Source: a virus
Strand: one strand, 5' to 3'
DNA: 64,000 nucleotides
IMG/VR virus record: IMGVR_UViG_3300019763_000006
Coordinates: 24,326 to 88,325 of that record
Below are positions 49,818 to 58,948 of the stretch, in pieces. A program made the translations under genes and the position numbers. The notes beneath the pieces were generated by a model, which saw only the letters and a list, made by a program, of their open reading frames with translations, was not told the DNA's origin and made no database searches. Numbering within the stretch: the stretch's first letter is position 1; every line of letters begins with the position of its first letter.

Positions 49818-51023
49818 CTATCTCCTTATTTTAATATCTTTATTTTTAAAATTATATATAGGTTTGATATTTTCTAGAATTGTTACAGTTTCTTTAATAT
49901 TTTCAATAATTTCGTCCATGGGTTTATATGCCATTGGAGACTCGTCTATAGTAGAGCTAACTACAGAAGAAGAATATATATTTTGCATAGATTTTTCAAA
50001 ATTACTTAATGTAATATTTTCTTTTGCTTTTGTTCTACTCATTATTCTTCCTGCTCCATGAGGTGCTGAGCAATTCCAATCTTCGTTCCCTTTCCCTTTA
50101 CATAATAAACAACCATCTCTCATATTCATTGGAATAATGCAAATCTCATCTTTATTTGCAGAAATTGCCCCTTTCCTCAAAATCATATTTTCAATGTCAA
50201 TATAATTATGAATAGTTTCAAACGAACTTTCTGAATCTATTTTTAAATATTTTAAAATTTTATTTGCTATGGTTTTTCTATTTAGCGAAGCGTAATTTTG
50301 AACTATTTTCATATCATGCATATAATTATCAAAATCTTCATTTTCAAGATATGATAAATGTTTTGTAATTTTGCTAGATGATTTTTTTAATTCAATTAAA
50401 GTATCTTCAATTTCAGACTCTCTATGTTCATGTTTCAATTGTTTTATTGTTTCTAATATTTTTAAATCTTTATATATACATTTTTTATAAGCATTTTCTT
50501 GATAATATAAAGCCACCTGTTTGCCCAAATATCTGCTACCAGAATGTATTATTAATAAAACATTTCCATTTTTTGATTTATCAATTTCTATAAAATGATT
50601 ACCTCCTCCTAAAGTTCCTATGCTTTTTAAAGCTCTATCTTTATTAATTTTATTAATACATTTTAAATCATTAATTTTAGAGAAGGATACAATTTGTTTT
50701 GAATTAATATTTTGCCCACTTGGTATATGTTTATTAATATATTTATCTAATTTTTCTAAATTTATGTTTATTTTTCCCATATCAACCACGTACATTCCGC
50801 ACCCTATATCTACCCCTACTAAATTAGGTACGATTTTATCTTTGATTTGTATTGTTGTTCCTATTACACACCCAACTCCAGAATGAAAATCTGGCATAAT
50901 TCTAATTTTTATGTTTTCCATCCATTTTTGATTTAATAATTCTATAATTTGTAAATCAGATTTTTCGTCATGTTTATTTGAAAATATTTTTGCATTATTG
51001 TATAATCCATTTAATTCATACAT
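49818..51023 (-). CDS. rtcB: RtcB RNA ligase
   Basis: MPDFH.G.G..IG, VGVDIGCG, GTLGGGNHFIE, IHSGSR, HNY, SAPHGAGR and DESPMAYK motifs. Confidence 0.95.
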   Translation of the reverse strand: MYELNGLYNNAKIFSNKHDEKSDLQIIELLNQKWMENIKIRIMPDFHSGVGCVIGTTIQIKDKIVPNLVGVDIGCGMYVVDMGKININLEKLDKYINKHIPSGQNINSKQIVSFSKINDLKCINKINKDRALKSIGTLGGGNHFIEIDKSKNGNVLLIIHSGSRYLGKQVALYYQENAYKKCIYKDLKILETIKQLKHEHRESEIEDTLIELKKSSSKITKHLSYLENEDFDNYMHDMKIVQNYASLNRKTIANKILKYLKIDSESSFETIHNYIDIENMILRKGAISANKDEICIIPMNMRDGCLLCKGKGNEDWNCSAPHGAGRIMSRTKAKENITLSNFEKSMQNIYSSSVVSSTIDESPMAYKPMDEIIENIKETVTILENIKPIYNFKNKDIKIRR

Positions 51024-51259
51024 TTTTCTATCTCCTCTTCTATTTTATTTTCTTCTATCTTATTATCTAAAAATTCTTCAAAGATTTTATCTTCAAGGTA
51101 AAACATATCAAAACTTTCCCCATTTTCATCACTTACTATCCAATACCCTCCATTTTGTGACGAAAATTCACTTTGAAGGTTATAAATTAATTGCATAAAT
51201 CTCAATTCTGGATGTTTACTCCATAATAATTTTATTTTATCTAGGATTTTTGTATTCAT
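51011..51259 (-). CDS. Hypothetical protein
   Basis: W..HPELRF.QL motif; likely start 51259 after AGGAG. Confidence 0.6.
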   Translation of the reverse strand: MNTKILDKIKLLWSKHPELRFMQLIYNLQSEFSSQNGGYWIVSDENGESFDMFYLEDKIFEEFLDNKIEENKIEEEIEKCMN

Positions 51260-51287
51260 ATTTATATCTCCTTTCTTCCTTAAATAC

Positions 51288-51317
51288 ATCATATCATACA
51301 TTATTAATTAATGTCAA
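51288..51317 (-). promoter_or_regulatory. Sigma-A-type promoter for the rtcB unit
   Basis: TTGACA-18-TATGAT with extended TG. Confidence 0.65.
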
Positions 51318-51355
51318 GAAAAAATCACTATAAGATTATAAATTATAGTGATTAA

Positions 51356-51470
51356 TAAAATAGGCATTTTAATGACAAAAGTACCCCTTACAAACGTTGA
51401 AAAATAGCCATTCTCATTTTTGCTAAAATTTTGATAATAGCAATATTATAACAATAAATTGTATAATTTA
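51356..51470. repeat. Dispersed bipartite element, copy 4 (long form)
   Basis: taaaa-taggca-ttttaatgac, aaacgttgaaaa at 51392, gccattctca/tgataatagc, then taaat-tgtata-attta at 51455. Confidence 0.85.
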
Positions 51471-51555
51471 TAAACAACCAAGTAGTTTTACCAATAATTG
51501 CCATAATTTTACTACTTTTCTTTAAAACTTATAAATATCTGCTATATTATATAAA

Positions 51556-53484
51556 TTATTTTATTATATCAATAAATTCTTGCTCACTAATCATTTCAAT
51601 GCCTAATTCTTTTGCTTTCTTATTTTTAGAACTATTACTCTCTTTGTCGTTATTTAGTAAATAATTAGTATTTCTACTAACACTCCCACTTACTTTGCCA
51701 CCCAATAATTCAATTTTCTCTTGAAGTTCTTTTCTATTTTTGAATTTTTCTACCTTACCTGTAATTACAAAATTTAATCCTTCTAATTTATTTGAAGTTT
51801 CTTCTTGTGGTTGAATCATTTTCAATCCATGTGATTTAAATAATGCAATTTCTTTTGTCTTAAAATTTTCATTTTGTAAATATTTATAAACTGAATTACC
51901 AACAGAATCACCTACTAAATTTGTTAAATCTAATAATTCTGCTTCTAATAAATTATCAATATTTTTATAATAACTAGCAATTTTTTTACTAGCTGTTTTC
52001 CCACATTGTGGAATTGACAACCCATAAATAAAATTATTTAAGTTTCTATTTTTGGATTCTTCAATTGCTTTACAAATATTATCTACTTTTTTCTTTCCAA
52101 ATCTATCTAATTCGTACAAAGTTTCTTTATTTTTAGGAATATTATAAATATCAGATGGAGTGTTTAAAACAGAGATTTTATCATTGAATTTAAGACTTAT
52201 AATTGCTTTTAATGTTTCTTCACTTAACCCACGAATATCCATAGCATTCCTACTACAAAAATGTACTAGTTTTCCTAACACTTGTCTGCTGCATTTAGAG
52301 TTTTTACAGAATTGATGTACTCCATCATGTACTAAATTAGAACCACATATAGGACATTTTAAAGCTTTAGAATAGGTATTACTTCTAGTTTCGTTTTCAA
52401 CAACAGCTGGAATAATTAAATTCGCTTTAATAACTCCAATTTTATCTCCAATCCCTAACTCCAGATTTTTAATATAATCATAATTATGGAGTGTTGCTCT
52501 TGAAACATCAGTACCATCTATTTCAACACTATCAAAAATTGCCGTATATGAAACTTGTCCTGATTTACCTATATCCACCTCTATATCCCTTAAAATTGTA
52601 TATTCAGGAATATCTTCAAACTTATACGCTAACCCTGAACGAAAATGGTGATTAGTATATCCTAATGAATCAGAATATTTTATATCATCATAAGTTATAA
52701 CCATTCCATCAATAGGAATATCTTTATTATTTTTTGCAAGTTTATTTATCAATTCTTGCAAATTATCTTCTTGTGATATACATTCATAGTCATACACATC
52801 GAATCATAATTGTTTAATCATATTAAACTTTTTATCTTTAGAATTAATTTCTGAAAAACCTTCATTAACTCCAAATACATAAAATTCAACGTTTCTATTT
52901 TTGCAAACTTTACTATTTAGATGCCTTGCACTTCCACTAACTAAATTTCGTGGGTTTTTATATTTTTCTTCTAAATTTTCATTGATTTTATCAAAATTAC
53001 TATAACTAATAATAGATTCTCCTACTACATTTAACTTATTTTTGTATGGTATTGTAGTAGGTACATTTAAAAAGCTGGTAATATTATGTGTAATATCTTC
53101 CCCAATTTCTCCATTCCCTCTTGTAGTAGCTAATACCAATTTTCCATCTTCATAAAATAATGATGTAGTTAGCCCATCTAATTTCGAGCCTAGCAAACAT
53201 TTTTTATTATTCATAAATTTATACAAATCATTAATTTTCTTAGTTTTGTCAAGAGATAATAATTTGTATTTAAGCTTTACTTGTTTCAATTGTGATTTAA
53301 CCTTATATCCTACATTTTGTGTAGGAGAGTTACTTATAAATGTTTGAGTTTCTAATTCTAATTTTTGAAGTTCGTCATATAACTTATCATACTCATAATT
53401 TGGAATTATTTCATTATGATTATAATATGCATTTCTTGCATTATTTAAAATTAAAATTAATTCTTTTATTCTATTTATTTTCAT
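51556..53484 (-). pseudogene. ligA: NAD-dependent DNA ligase interrupted by a single in-frame TGA (pseudogene, readthrough or sequencing error)
   Basis: KLDG, RGNG..GEDIT and NPRN in the first ORF; DGMV, AYKF, RATLHN, Zn finger, HhH and BRCT in the second; both ORFs share a frame and are joined by caa tta TGA ttc gat gtg (TGA at 52804-52806). Confidence 0.85.
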
Positions 53485-53734
53485 TTGTTATTACCATTAT
53501 CCCTTTCTTTTTATCTTTAAATTCAATATTATATAATGTATCGTTATCTGAAATAACTTCTGCATTAATTTTTAATTTTACATTTGGAAATAATACTTCT
53601 CCTTCAATTTTATTATTACCATCTATATTCTCATCAATAAAATCTGAAATACAAATTATCTCATGATTCCCATATTTATTTGGTTTTATTTTTATTTCTT
53701 TAGATTGATTAATAATATTTTCTAAGAATTTCAT
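53471..53734 (-). CDS. Hypothetical protein
   Basis: 87 aa, GGAGG RBS. Confidence 0.55.
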   Translation of the reverse strand: MKFLENIINQSKEIKIKPNKYGNHEIICISDFIDENIDGNNKIEGEVLFPNVKLKINAEVISDNDTLYNIEFKDKKKGIMVITNENK

Positions 53735-53735
53735 T

Positions 53736-53969
53736 TTATTTCCTCCTATTTAAACAATTATCAGTTGTTTTGAATAAGCTATAACTTATAATTAATACAA
53801 TTATACTTATAAAAAATATTATTATAGCTCTAATAAATTCTGTATGTGTAATTACCATTAGAAAAGTAAATATTAGAAATCCTATACTTAATACAACAAA
53901 TGATATACTAATAATAAATAATGCATTTATTGAATATTCTTTTAAATATTTTATAAAATCTTTTTTCAT
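53736..53969 (-). CDS. 2-TM membrane protein
   Basis: Two hydrophobic helices. Confidence 0.55.
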   Translation of the reverse strand: MKKDFIKYLKEYSINALFIISISFVVLSIGFLIFTFLMVITHTEFIRAIIIFFISIIVLIISYSLFKTTDNCLNRRK

Positions 53970-54391
53970 TTTTTATACATCTCCTTATCTAATTGTGTTA
54001 TAATCTTCATATTTTCTTCTATTTGACATGTTAATTTATGATTATTTAATAATTTATTAGATTTTATCATATCATATAATTTATTATTATCCCATTTATC
54101 TAAAGTATATATTAAGTATTGTGATTTTTTATCATTAACCTTATACATTTCTTTTTCAGATATACACCAAATATAATTATTTTTATATATAAAGTCCATA
54201 TAATCATTCTCATCCATTTTATCTATATGTTCTATAGGTGAATTATCATTATAGTAACAATCAAATATTACATAACTTCCTAGGGACGGATGCCATCTAT
54301 CTTTAGACACTAATCTTTGTTTTATTACTTCACATTCTTTTGATATAATTTTTAAATCCTTTTTATTAATTTTATATTCATATATTTTCAT
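53966..54391 (-). CDS. Hypothetical protein
   Basis: 141 aa, translationally coupled to its neighbour. Confidence 0.55.
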   Translation of the reverse strand: MKIYEYKINKKDLKIISKECEVIKQRLVSKDRWHPSLGSYVIFDCYYNDNSPIEHIDKMDENDYMDFIYKNNYIWCISEKEMYKVNDKKSQYLIYTLDKWDNNKLYDMIKSNKLLNNHKLTCQIEENMKIITQLDKEMYKK

Positions 54392-54395
54392 TTAT

Positions 54396-54629
54396 TCATT
54401 CACCATCTTCTTTTGAAAAATTTTTATCTAATACATGCCCTATTTCGTTACATTCAATAAGTATCATAATGTTTACTATAAGACTAATTAAATGTATTAA
54501 TACTTTTTCACCTGTTATTATAAAAGTAAAGTTAAAGATTATAAAAATAATATTAATACAATCCACCATAGATATAATACAAAGCATGGTATCCATTTTA
54601 AGAATTAAATATTCTTGTATTTTTTTCAT
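54396..54629 (-). CDS. Small membrane protein
   Basis: Hydrophobic 77 aa. Confidence 0.5.
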   Translation of the reverse strand: MKKIQEYLILKMDTMLCIISMVDCINIIFIIFNFTFIITGEKVLIHLISLIVNIMILIECNEIGHVLDKNFSKEDGE

Positions 54630-54844
54630 TATTTTCTCCCTTTCTTTTTTATAAAATACATTATCATAAAATCTAATCCAATAATAAATACTATCAAATT
54701 AAATATTGGTATAATTGTTGCAACTATCATAAATATTTTATCATTTTTAGTTAGATATTTATTTTTAAAAATGTAATCCATTATATCAAAAATTAACATA
54801 CCTAAAAATCCAATAATATATGATATAATTAATATTTTTATCAT
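54629..54844 (-). CDS. Small 2-TM membrane protein
   Basis: Hydrophobic 71 aa with basic tail. Confidence 0.5.
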   Translation of the reverse strand: MIKILIISYIIGFLGMLIFDIMDYIFKNKYLTKNDKIFMIVATIIPIFNLIVFIIGLDFMIMYFIKKKGRK

Positions 54845-55662
54845 AATCTAATCTCCTTTCTTGAATCTTTCATTTTATATAATAATCTACTTAATTCTTG
54901 TTCTTTATCATAAGATGATTGTATATAGTTAGAAAATAATTGTGTATATCCATAAAAACCTAAATCATTTATAAGCTTATCTATATTAGGACATTCATCA
55001 TTTTTTACTTCTTTATAAACATTTTTTCTTACTGTATATAAGATATCTTTTCTATATATTTTATCTTTATGATTTTTCAATATAAAATATTCTTTATTAT
55101 ACTTGTTAAATATACTTTTTTTGACTTTTATGATAGAATCATATAAATATTCTTTTAAAAGTTCGTCATATCTTTTTATAATAGTATATTCATTTTGTGG
55201 TAATATGCCATAATTATATAAAATAGTATTTTCACTTGGATTGCATGAGGTATTAATTTGTTTTGAATTTTTTAATAATATAGAATATGAAAAATTTTCT
55301 ATCTTGTATAAACACTTTTTTACATCTATATTTTTGCTTTTTAACTTATTAAGAGCTAGTGCACATCCTATAATTTGGTATTTATCACCAAAAAAATCAT
55401 TTATTTTTATATAATCTACTTCTTGTAATTGGTAATCTATCAACATATTCATTATTTCATGATAATTTTTTGTTACACCTCTATATTCACATTTATATAA
55501 TAAACACACAATTGACTCTATTAATTTTTCACGATATTCATAAGAATATACTGGGTCTTTTATTTGAAATAAAACACCTTCTATGTCTTGTATTATTTCT
55601 TTTATATCCGAATTAGATTTTTTACAAATATCTTTTAATAATAATATATTATAACTATCCAC
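54841..55662 (-). CDS. Hypothetical helical protein
   Basis: 273 aa, GTG start with GGAGG RBS. Confidence 0.6.
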   Translation of the reverse strand: MDSYNILLLKDICKKSNSDIKEIIQDIEGVLFQIKDPVYSYEYREKLIESIVCLLYKCEYRGVTKNYHEIMNMLIDYQLQEVDYIKINDFFGDKYQIIGCALALNKLKSKNIDVKKCLYKIENFSYSILLKNSKQINTSCNPSENTILYNYGILPQNEYTIIKRYDELLKEYLYDSIIKVKKSIFNKYNKEYFILKNHKDKIYRKDILYTVRKNVYKEVKNDECPNIDKLINDLGFYGYTQLFSNYIQSSYDKEQELSRLLYKMKDSRKEIRL

Positions 55663-55702
55663 TTTATTCCTCCTTTTATTAAAATCATAATTTTATGAAT
55701 GC

Positions 55703-56071
55703 CTAATCTTTAAAATAATCACACATGTCATTAACCTCTATTAATCTATTGAGCTCTTTTTGTAATTTTTCTATGCGGACTTTATTTGCTTCCTTCACAA
55801 TATCTAGCATTTTTTCTTTACTCATATACACTCCATTTTGATATGAATCTATTATGTTTACCTTATAGTCTATTTCATCCTCAGCTGTTTTTTCGTTTAC
55901 ATCATAGAATACTCCACACAAAGGATATCTACAATGGTCACAGAGTTTATTTCTAAATATAGACCCGTATCCTCCTCGGGTATTTGTAAATACAAATTCG
56001 CTAAGTTTATTTGAAGTATTTGAAACATTATCTATTTTCTTAGTTTTGCAGTTTGGACAATATTCTAACAT
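55703..56071 (-). CDS. Zn-finger hypothetical protein
   Basis: CPNC...CDHC; likely start MLEYC at 56071 after GAGGAGG (track start 56212). Confidence 0.6.
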   Translation of the reverse strand: MLEYCPNCKTKKIDNVSNTSNKLSEFVFTNTRGGYGSIFRNKLCDHCRYPLCGVFYDVNEKTAEDEIDYKVNIIDSYQNGVYMSKEKMLDIVKEANKVRIEKLQKELNRLIEVNDMCDYFKD

Positions 56072-56084
56072 TTTAATTCCTCCT

Positions 56085-56543
56085 CTAAAATTGTATAAAA
56101 CAATAATCGCTATTCTTTTCTTCTGCTTTTTTATTAGATTGCAACACACCATCTCTAACTTTATCAAATGTTTCCCTAACTTTTTCAAATTCTGACTTGT
56201 AGTGTTTTTCATATTCTTCTTTATTTATTTGTTTTGGAATTTTATTTGGTTTAAAGTAATCACCAGATAGGGATAAGACACCTATACAATCAAGATTTAT
56301 TTTTAATTCATGACATGTCTTAGATACTATATGATTAAGTAAATTAATATCTTTTACAAACTTATCTCTTGAGATACGACCTCCAATAAACATACGTTCT
56401 GAAAATATAAACCAGTCTTTAAATACTATTAGCATTGCTATTTCAAAAGGCGTATTTGGAATGCCGACTGATGATTGTGTAAAAGAATTATAGTACTCTT
56501 TTTTAAAGTTTTCTACAGTGAAATTTTTTACTTTTGTTTTCAT
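56085..56543 (-). CDS. Hypothetical protein
   Basis: 152 aa, GGAGG RBS. Confidence 0.6.
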   Translation of the reverse strand: MKTKVKNFTVENFKKEYYNSFTQSSVGIPNTPFEIAMLIVFKDWFIFSERMFIGGRISRDKFVKDINLLNHIVSKTCHELKINLDCIGVLSLSGDYFKPNKIPKQINKEEYEKHYKSEFEKVRETFDKVRDGVLQSNKKAEEKNSDYCFIQF

Positions 56544-56565
56544 AAATTATTATACCTCCTATAAT

Positions 56566-56622
56566 TAAAATACCAATTTTATTCACTTTTTTCGATTTTT
56601 AAACGTTGAAATTTCAACATTT
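56566..56622. repeat. Dispersed bipartite element, copy 5
   Basis: taaaa-taccaa-tttta, then aaacgttgaaatttcaacattt at 56601. Confidence 0.85.
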
Positions 56623-56643
56623 GCTAAAAAATTAACAATATAT

Positions 56644-57171
56644 TTATTCTATTTTTTCTAATATTTTAAGTAATTTTTCTACTTTTGGACTTCTCCATGC
56701 TGTCATAGCATAAGTATGAGCCTTTTTCGTATAATGATAATTATTTAATCTAATATGCTCTTGGCAAGCTTTCTTTGTTAAGAACATTGTGTTAGCTTCA
56801 ACAATATGTTCTAATTGCTCGCTATAGAAAAATGCATCTTCGTATATATTATTTTTAATATAATCTTCAAAATTGTAATTTGAAATAATACCATTTTCAT
56901 ACTCATATATTACACTTAACAATTCATCGTCATCTTTAAAATCTTCTTTTAATATTTTTATAAAATGATTAATAGTAGAAGATTCACCGTGGTCTGGAAT
57001 AAAAACAGATTCTCTGTCACCTTCACCACGTTCACATTTAAAATATTTATAATCACCAACTACCCAAAATCTTGGACTAGCTTGAAAATCATTTTCCTGT
57101 TCTCTTAATTCTTTTCCTAATTCTTTTAAAAACTTAACTTCTTCTTGGTTTAAATTTAATTCTTTATTCAT
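56644..57171 (-). CDS. Hypothetical phage protein
   Basis: QASPRFWVV...TMFLTKKACQEHI..N.YHY...HTYAMTAWRSP; likely start 57171. Confidence 0.65.
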   Translation of the reverse strand: MNKELNLNQEEVKFLKELGKELREQENDFQASPRFWVVGDYKYFKCERGEGDRESVFIPDHGESSTINHFIKILKEDFKDDDELLSVIYEYENGIISNYNFEDYIKNNIYEDAFFYSEQLEHIVEANTMFLTKKACQEHIRLNNYHYTKKAHTYAMTAWRSPKVEKLLKILEKIE

Positions 57172-57691
57172 TATTATCATCCTTTCCAAATTTATCAAAA
57201 TCATAAGCAAAGTAAATATTATCATTACAAGTAAAATATGAACATAATTCGTTACTTATAACATCTGTATATTTTTTATCAATATCTAATTCTATTTTAT
57301 TATGATAAATATGATAAAATCCTATATCTTTGCGATATTCATATCCAATTTTTAAATCATTTAAATTTTTAAACTTGTATTTTAATTTTTTTTTTAAGTT
57401 TATTATAAAATTTTCTATCTTATTATTGTTGCATTTATTATAATATAAAAATAATTTTTCAATCTCTTTGATAGTTTCATTTATATTTCCTTCACAATTC
57501 AGAATATGAGCGAAACCCTCGGTTATTAAATCATTTGGTATTCCATAATTCTTATTACCATAAAAATCGTCAATATCCATATTATATGCTTCAAATAAGC
57601 AAGTTAACTCATTTTGTAATTTAGCAGTTTTTAAACAAGATTTATTTAATTGTATAATTTTGTCTTTTATTTCTTTTGGTAATTTATTCAT
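57164..57691 (-). CDS. Hypothetical protein
   Basis: Likely start MNKLP at 57691; bounded by a 24-bp direct repeat. Confidence 0.55.
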   Translation of the reverse strand: MNKLPKEIKDKIIQLNKSCLKTAKLQNELTCLFEAYNMDIDDFYGNKNYGIPNDLITEGFAHILNCEGNINETIKEIEKLFLYYNKCNNNKIENFIINLKKKLKYKFKNLNDLKIGYEYRKDIGFYHIYHNKIELDIDKKYTDVISNELCSYFTCNDNIYFAYDFDKFGKDDNNE

Positions 57692-57834
57692 TATTATCAT
57701 CCTTTCTTACTTAACAATCTTCCCTAACAGCGTACAACTATTACTAGCTTGGGTGTTTCCTATTATATAATAGGAGCAGGGATACTGGTTTGGAAGATTT
57801 AATAGTCTACTATTATCCCTTTTTCGACTTTGCT

Positions 57835-57909
57835 TAAAAGAAACATTTTATTGATACTTTGATACCTACTAAACGTTGAAATAAAGCCATTCTTATTTTT
57901 TGAGAATTG
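57835..57909. repeat. Dispersed bipartite element, copy 6
   Basis: taaaa-gaaaca-tttta, then aaacgttgaaataaagccattctta at 57871. Confidence 0.85.
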
Positions 57910-57931
57910 ACTGTTTTTGTGTTAAAATGTG

Positions 57932-58285
57932 TTAAATTATGTTTAAGCTAATTTTTAGAGCTTTATTTATTGAAAATACATCTTTTCTATCAATTTTACC
58001 CACTTTTCTAATAATTTGTGATTTATCAATTGTTAGAATTTGCTCACATAATAAAGCTGAATCCACTTCTAAATTATTTATATTATTTTTTATGATTTCA
58101 ACATGTGTAGGTAATTTTGCTTTAGTTGTTTTACTTGTAAATGGTATTACGATAGTTGTTGGGCTAAATTTATTACCCATATCATTTTGAATTACTACAC
58201 AAACTCTAACACCTGTTTGCACACTCCCTTCTGCCTTACTTAATTTTACTAATACAATTTCATTTCTTTTAATATTAATTTTCAT
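57932..58285 (-). CDS. mazF: MazF/PemK-family endoribonuclease (no adjacent antitoxin seen)
   Basis: GSVQTGVRVCVVIQNDMGNKFSPTTIV.P.TS...KAKLPTHV...EQILTIDK, very close to Firmicute EndoA/NdoA. Confidence 0.92.
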   Translation of the reverse strand: MKINIKRNEIVLVKLSKAEGSVQTGVRVCVVIQNDMGNKFSPTTIVIPFTSKTTKAKLPTHVEIIKNNINNLEVDSALLCEQILTIDKSQIIRKVGKIDRKDVFSINKALKISLNII

Positions 58286-58345
58286 AATATGTAGCCTCCT
58301 TTTTATTAAAATAAAACTATCTATAAAAGTCTTACCCTTATAGAT

Positions 58346-58374
58346 AGTCTATCAAAAATATTATTCCTTGTCAA
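58346..58374 (-). promoter_or_regulatory. Promoter for mazF with an overlapping 11-bp inverted repeat
   Basis: TTGACA-17-TAGACT with TG; actatctataa/ttatagatagt at 58316-58348. Confidence 0.6.
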
Positions 58375-58948
58375 TACTTTTTAAAAAATATTCATCAAAA
58401 TTATTCATTAATTTATGTTTCAGATAATATCTAAATTGAACGTAAACTTTAACTGGCATACTTTCTTTACTATAAAATTTAACTGGTATACCATATTTTA
58501 ATTCAATACCTTCTAGCTTACCTAATAAAGAACGTCTATTATATTTTGAACGATACCTTTGCAAACAAGCATTATCATATTTATCCTCAATATATAAATA
58601 CATTTTCCCTGGATAATTTGCAAATTCTTTATTAATTCTTTCGCCATTTTTATCACATAAATTTGATATTATTTCGTCTAATGAGTTTTTCCTTTCAATT
58701 GCAATGCGTTCATCAAATAAAACATCCTCCATAATTCCAAATTTTTCATTTTTAGGAATCATAAAACTATAATCTCCATAGTCAAGTTTTCTTCTAACTA
58801 CAGGATGTCCTTTTTTAATTAACCAATTTTCAATATATCTATCTTGTTCTCTTGTGTCTACAATTACAACCATTGAATCTAATATTTCATCTACTTCTTT
58901 TTTCTTGATAAAAATCACTCCTCTATGATATATGAATTTAAAATCCAT
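58361..58948 (-). CDS. ERCC4-domain nuclease
   Basis: VDTREQ, LDYGDYS and IERKNSLDE motifs. Confidence 0.85.
   Translation of the reverse strand: MDFKFIYHRGVIFIKKKEVDEILDSMVVIVDTREQDRYIENWLIKKGHPVVRRKLDYGDYSFMIPKNEKFGIMEDVLFDERIAIERKNSLDEIISNLCDKNGERINKEFANYPGKMYLYIEDKYDNACLQRYRSKYNRRSLLGKLEGIELKYGIPVKFYSKESMPVKVYVQFRYYLKHKLMNNFDEYFLKSIDKE

Noticed and set aside
52804-52806. Genome-wide TGA reassignment (Gly or Trp code)
   Set aside because: Other long genes are uninterrupted in the standard code, and TGA ends genes normally (e.g. 10822, 39293, 53966)
10935-55695. Isolated TAAAA-N6-TTTTA cores without the second box (10935, 13085, 41120, 55680; variant at 15550)
   Set aside because: A few such matches are expected by chance in DNA this AT-rich, so they are not counted as element copies, although their intergenic positions are suggestive
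56644-57691. Tandem gene duplication (both ORFs are 528 nt)
   Set aside because: The proteins share no visible similarity beyond MNK, so the equal length is treated as coincidence
57716-57799. Twister or hammerhead ribozyme
   Set aside because: Only partial resemblance (taacagc, actagc); the conserved core pairings and CUGAUGA/GAAA boxes could not be built
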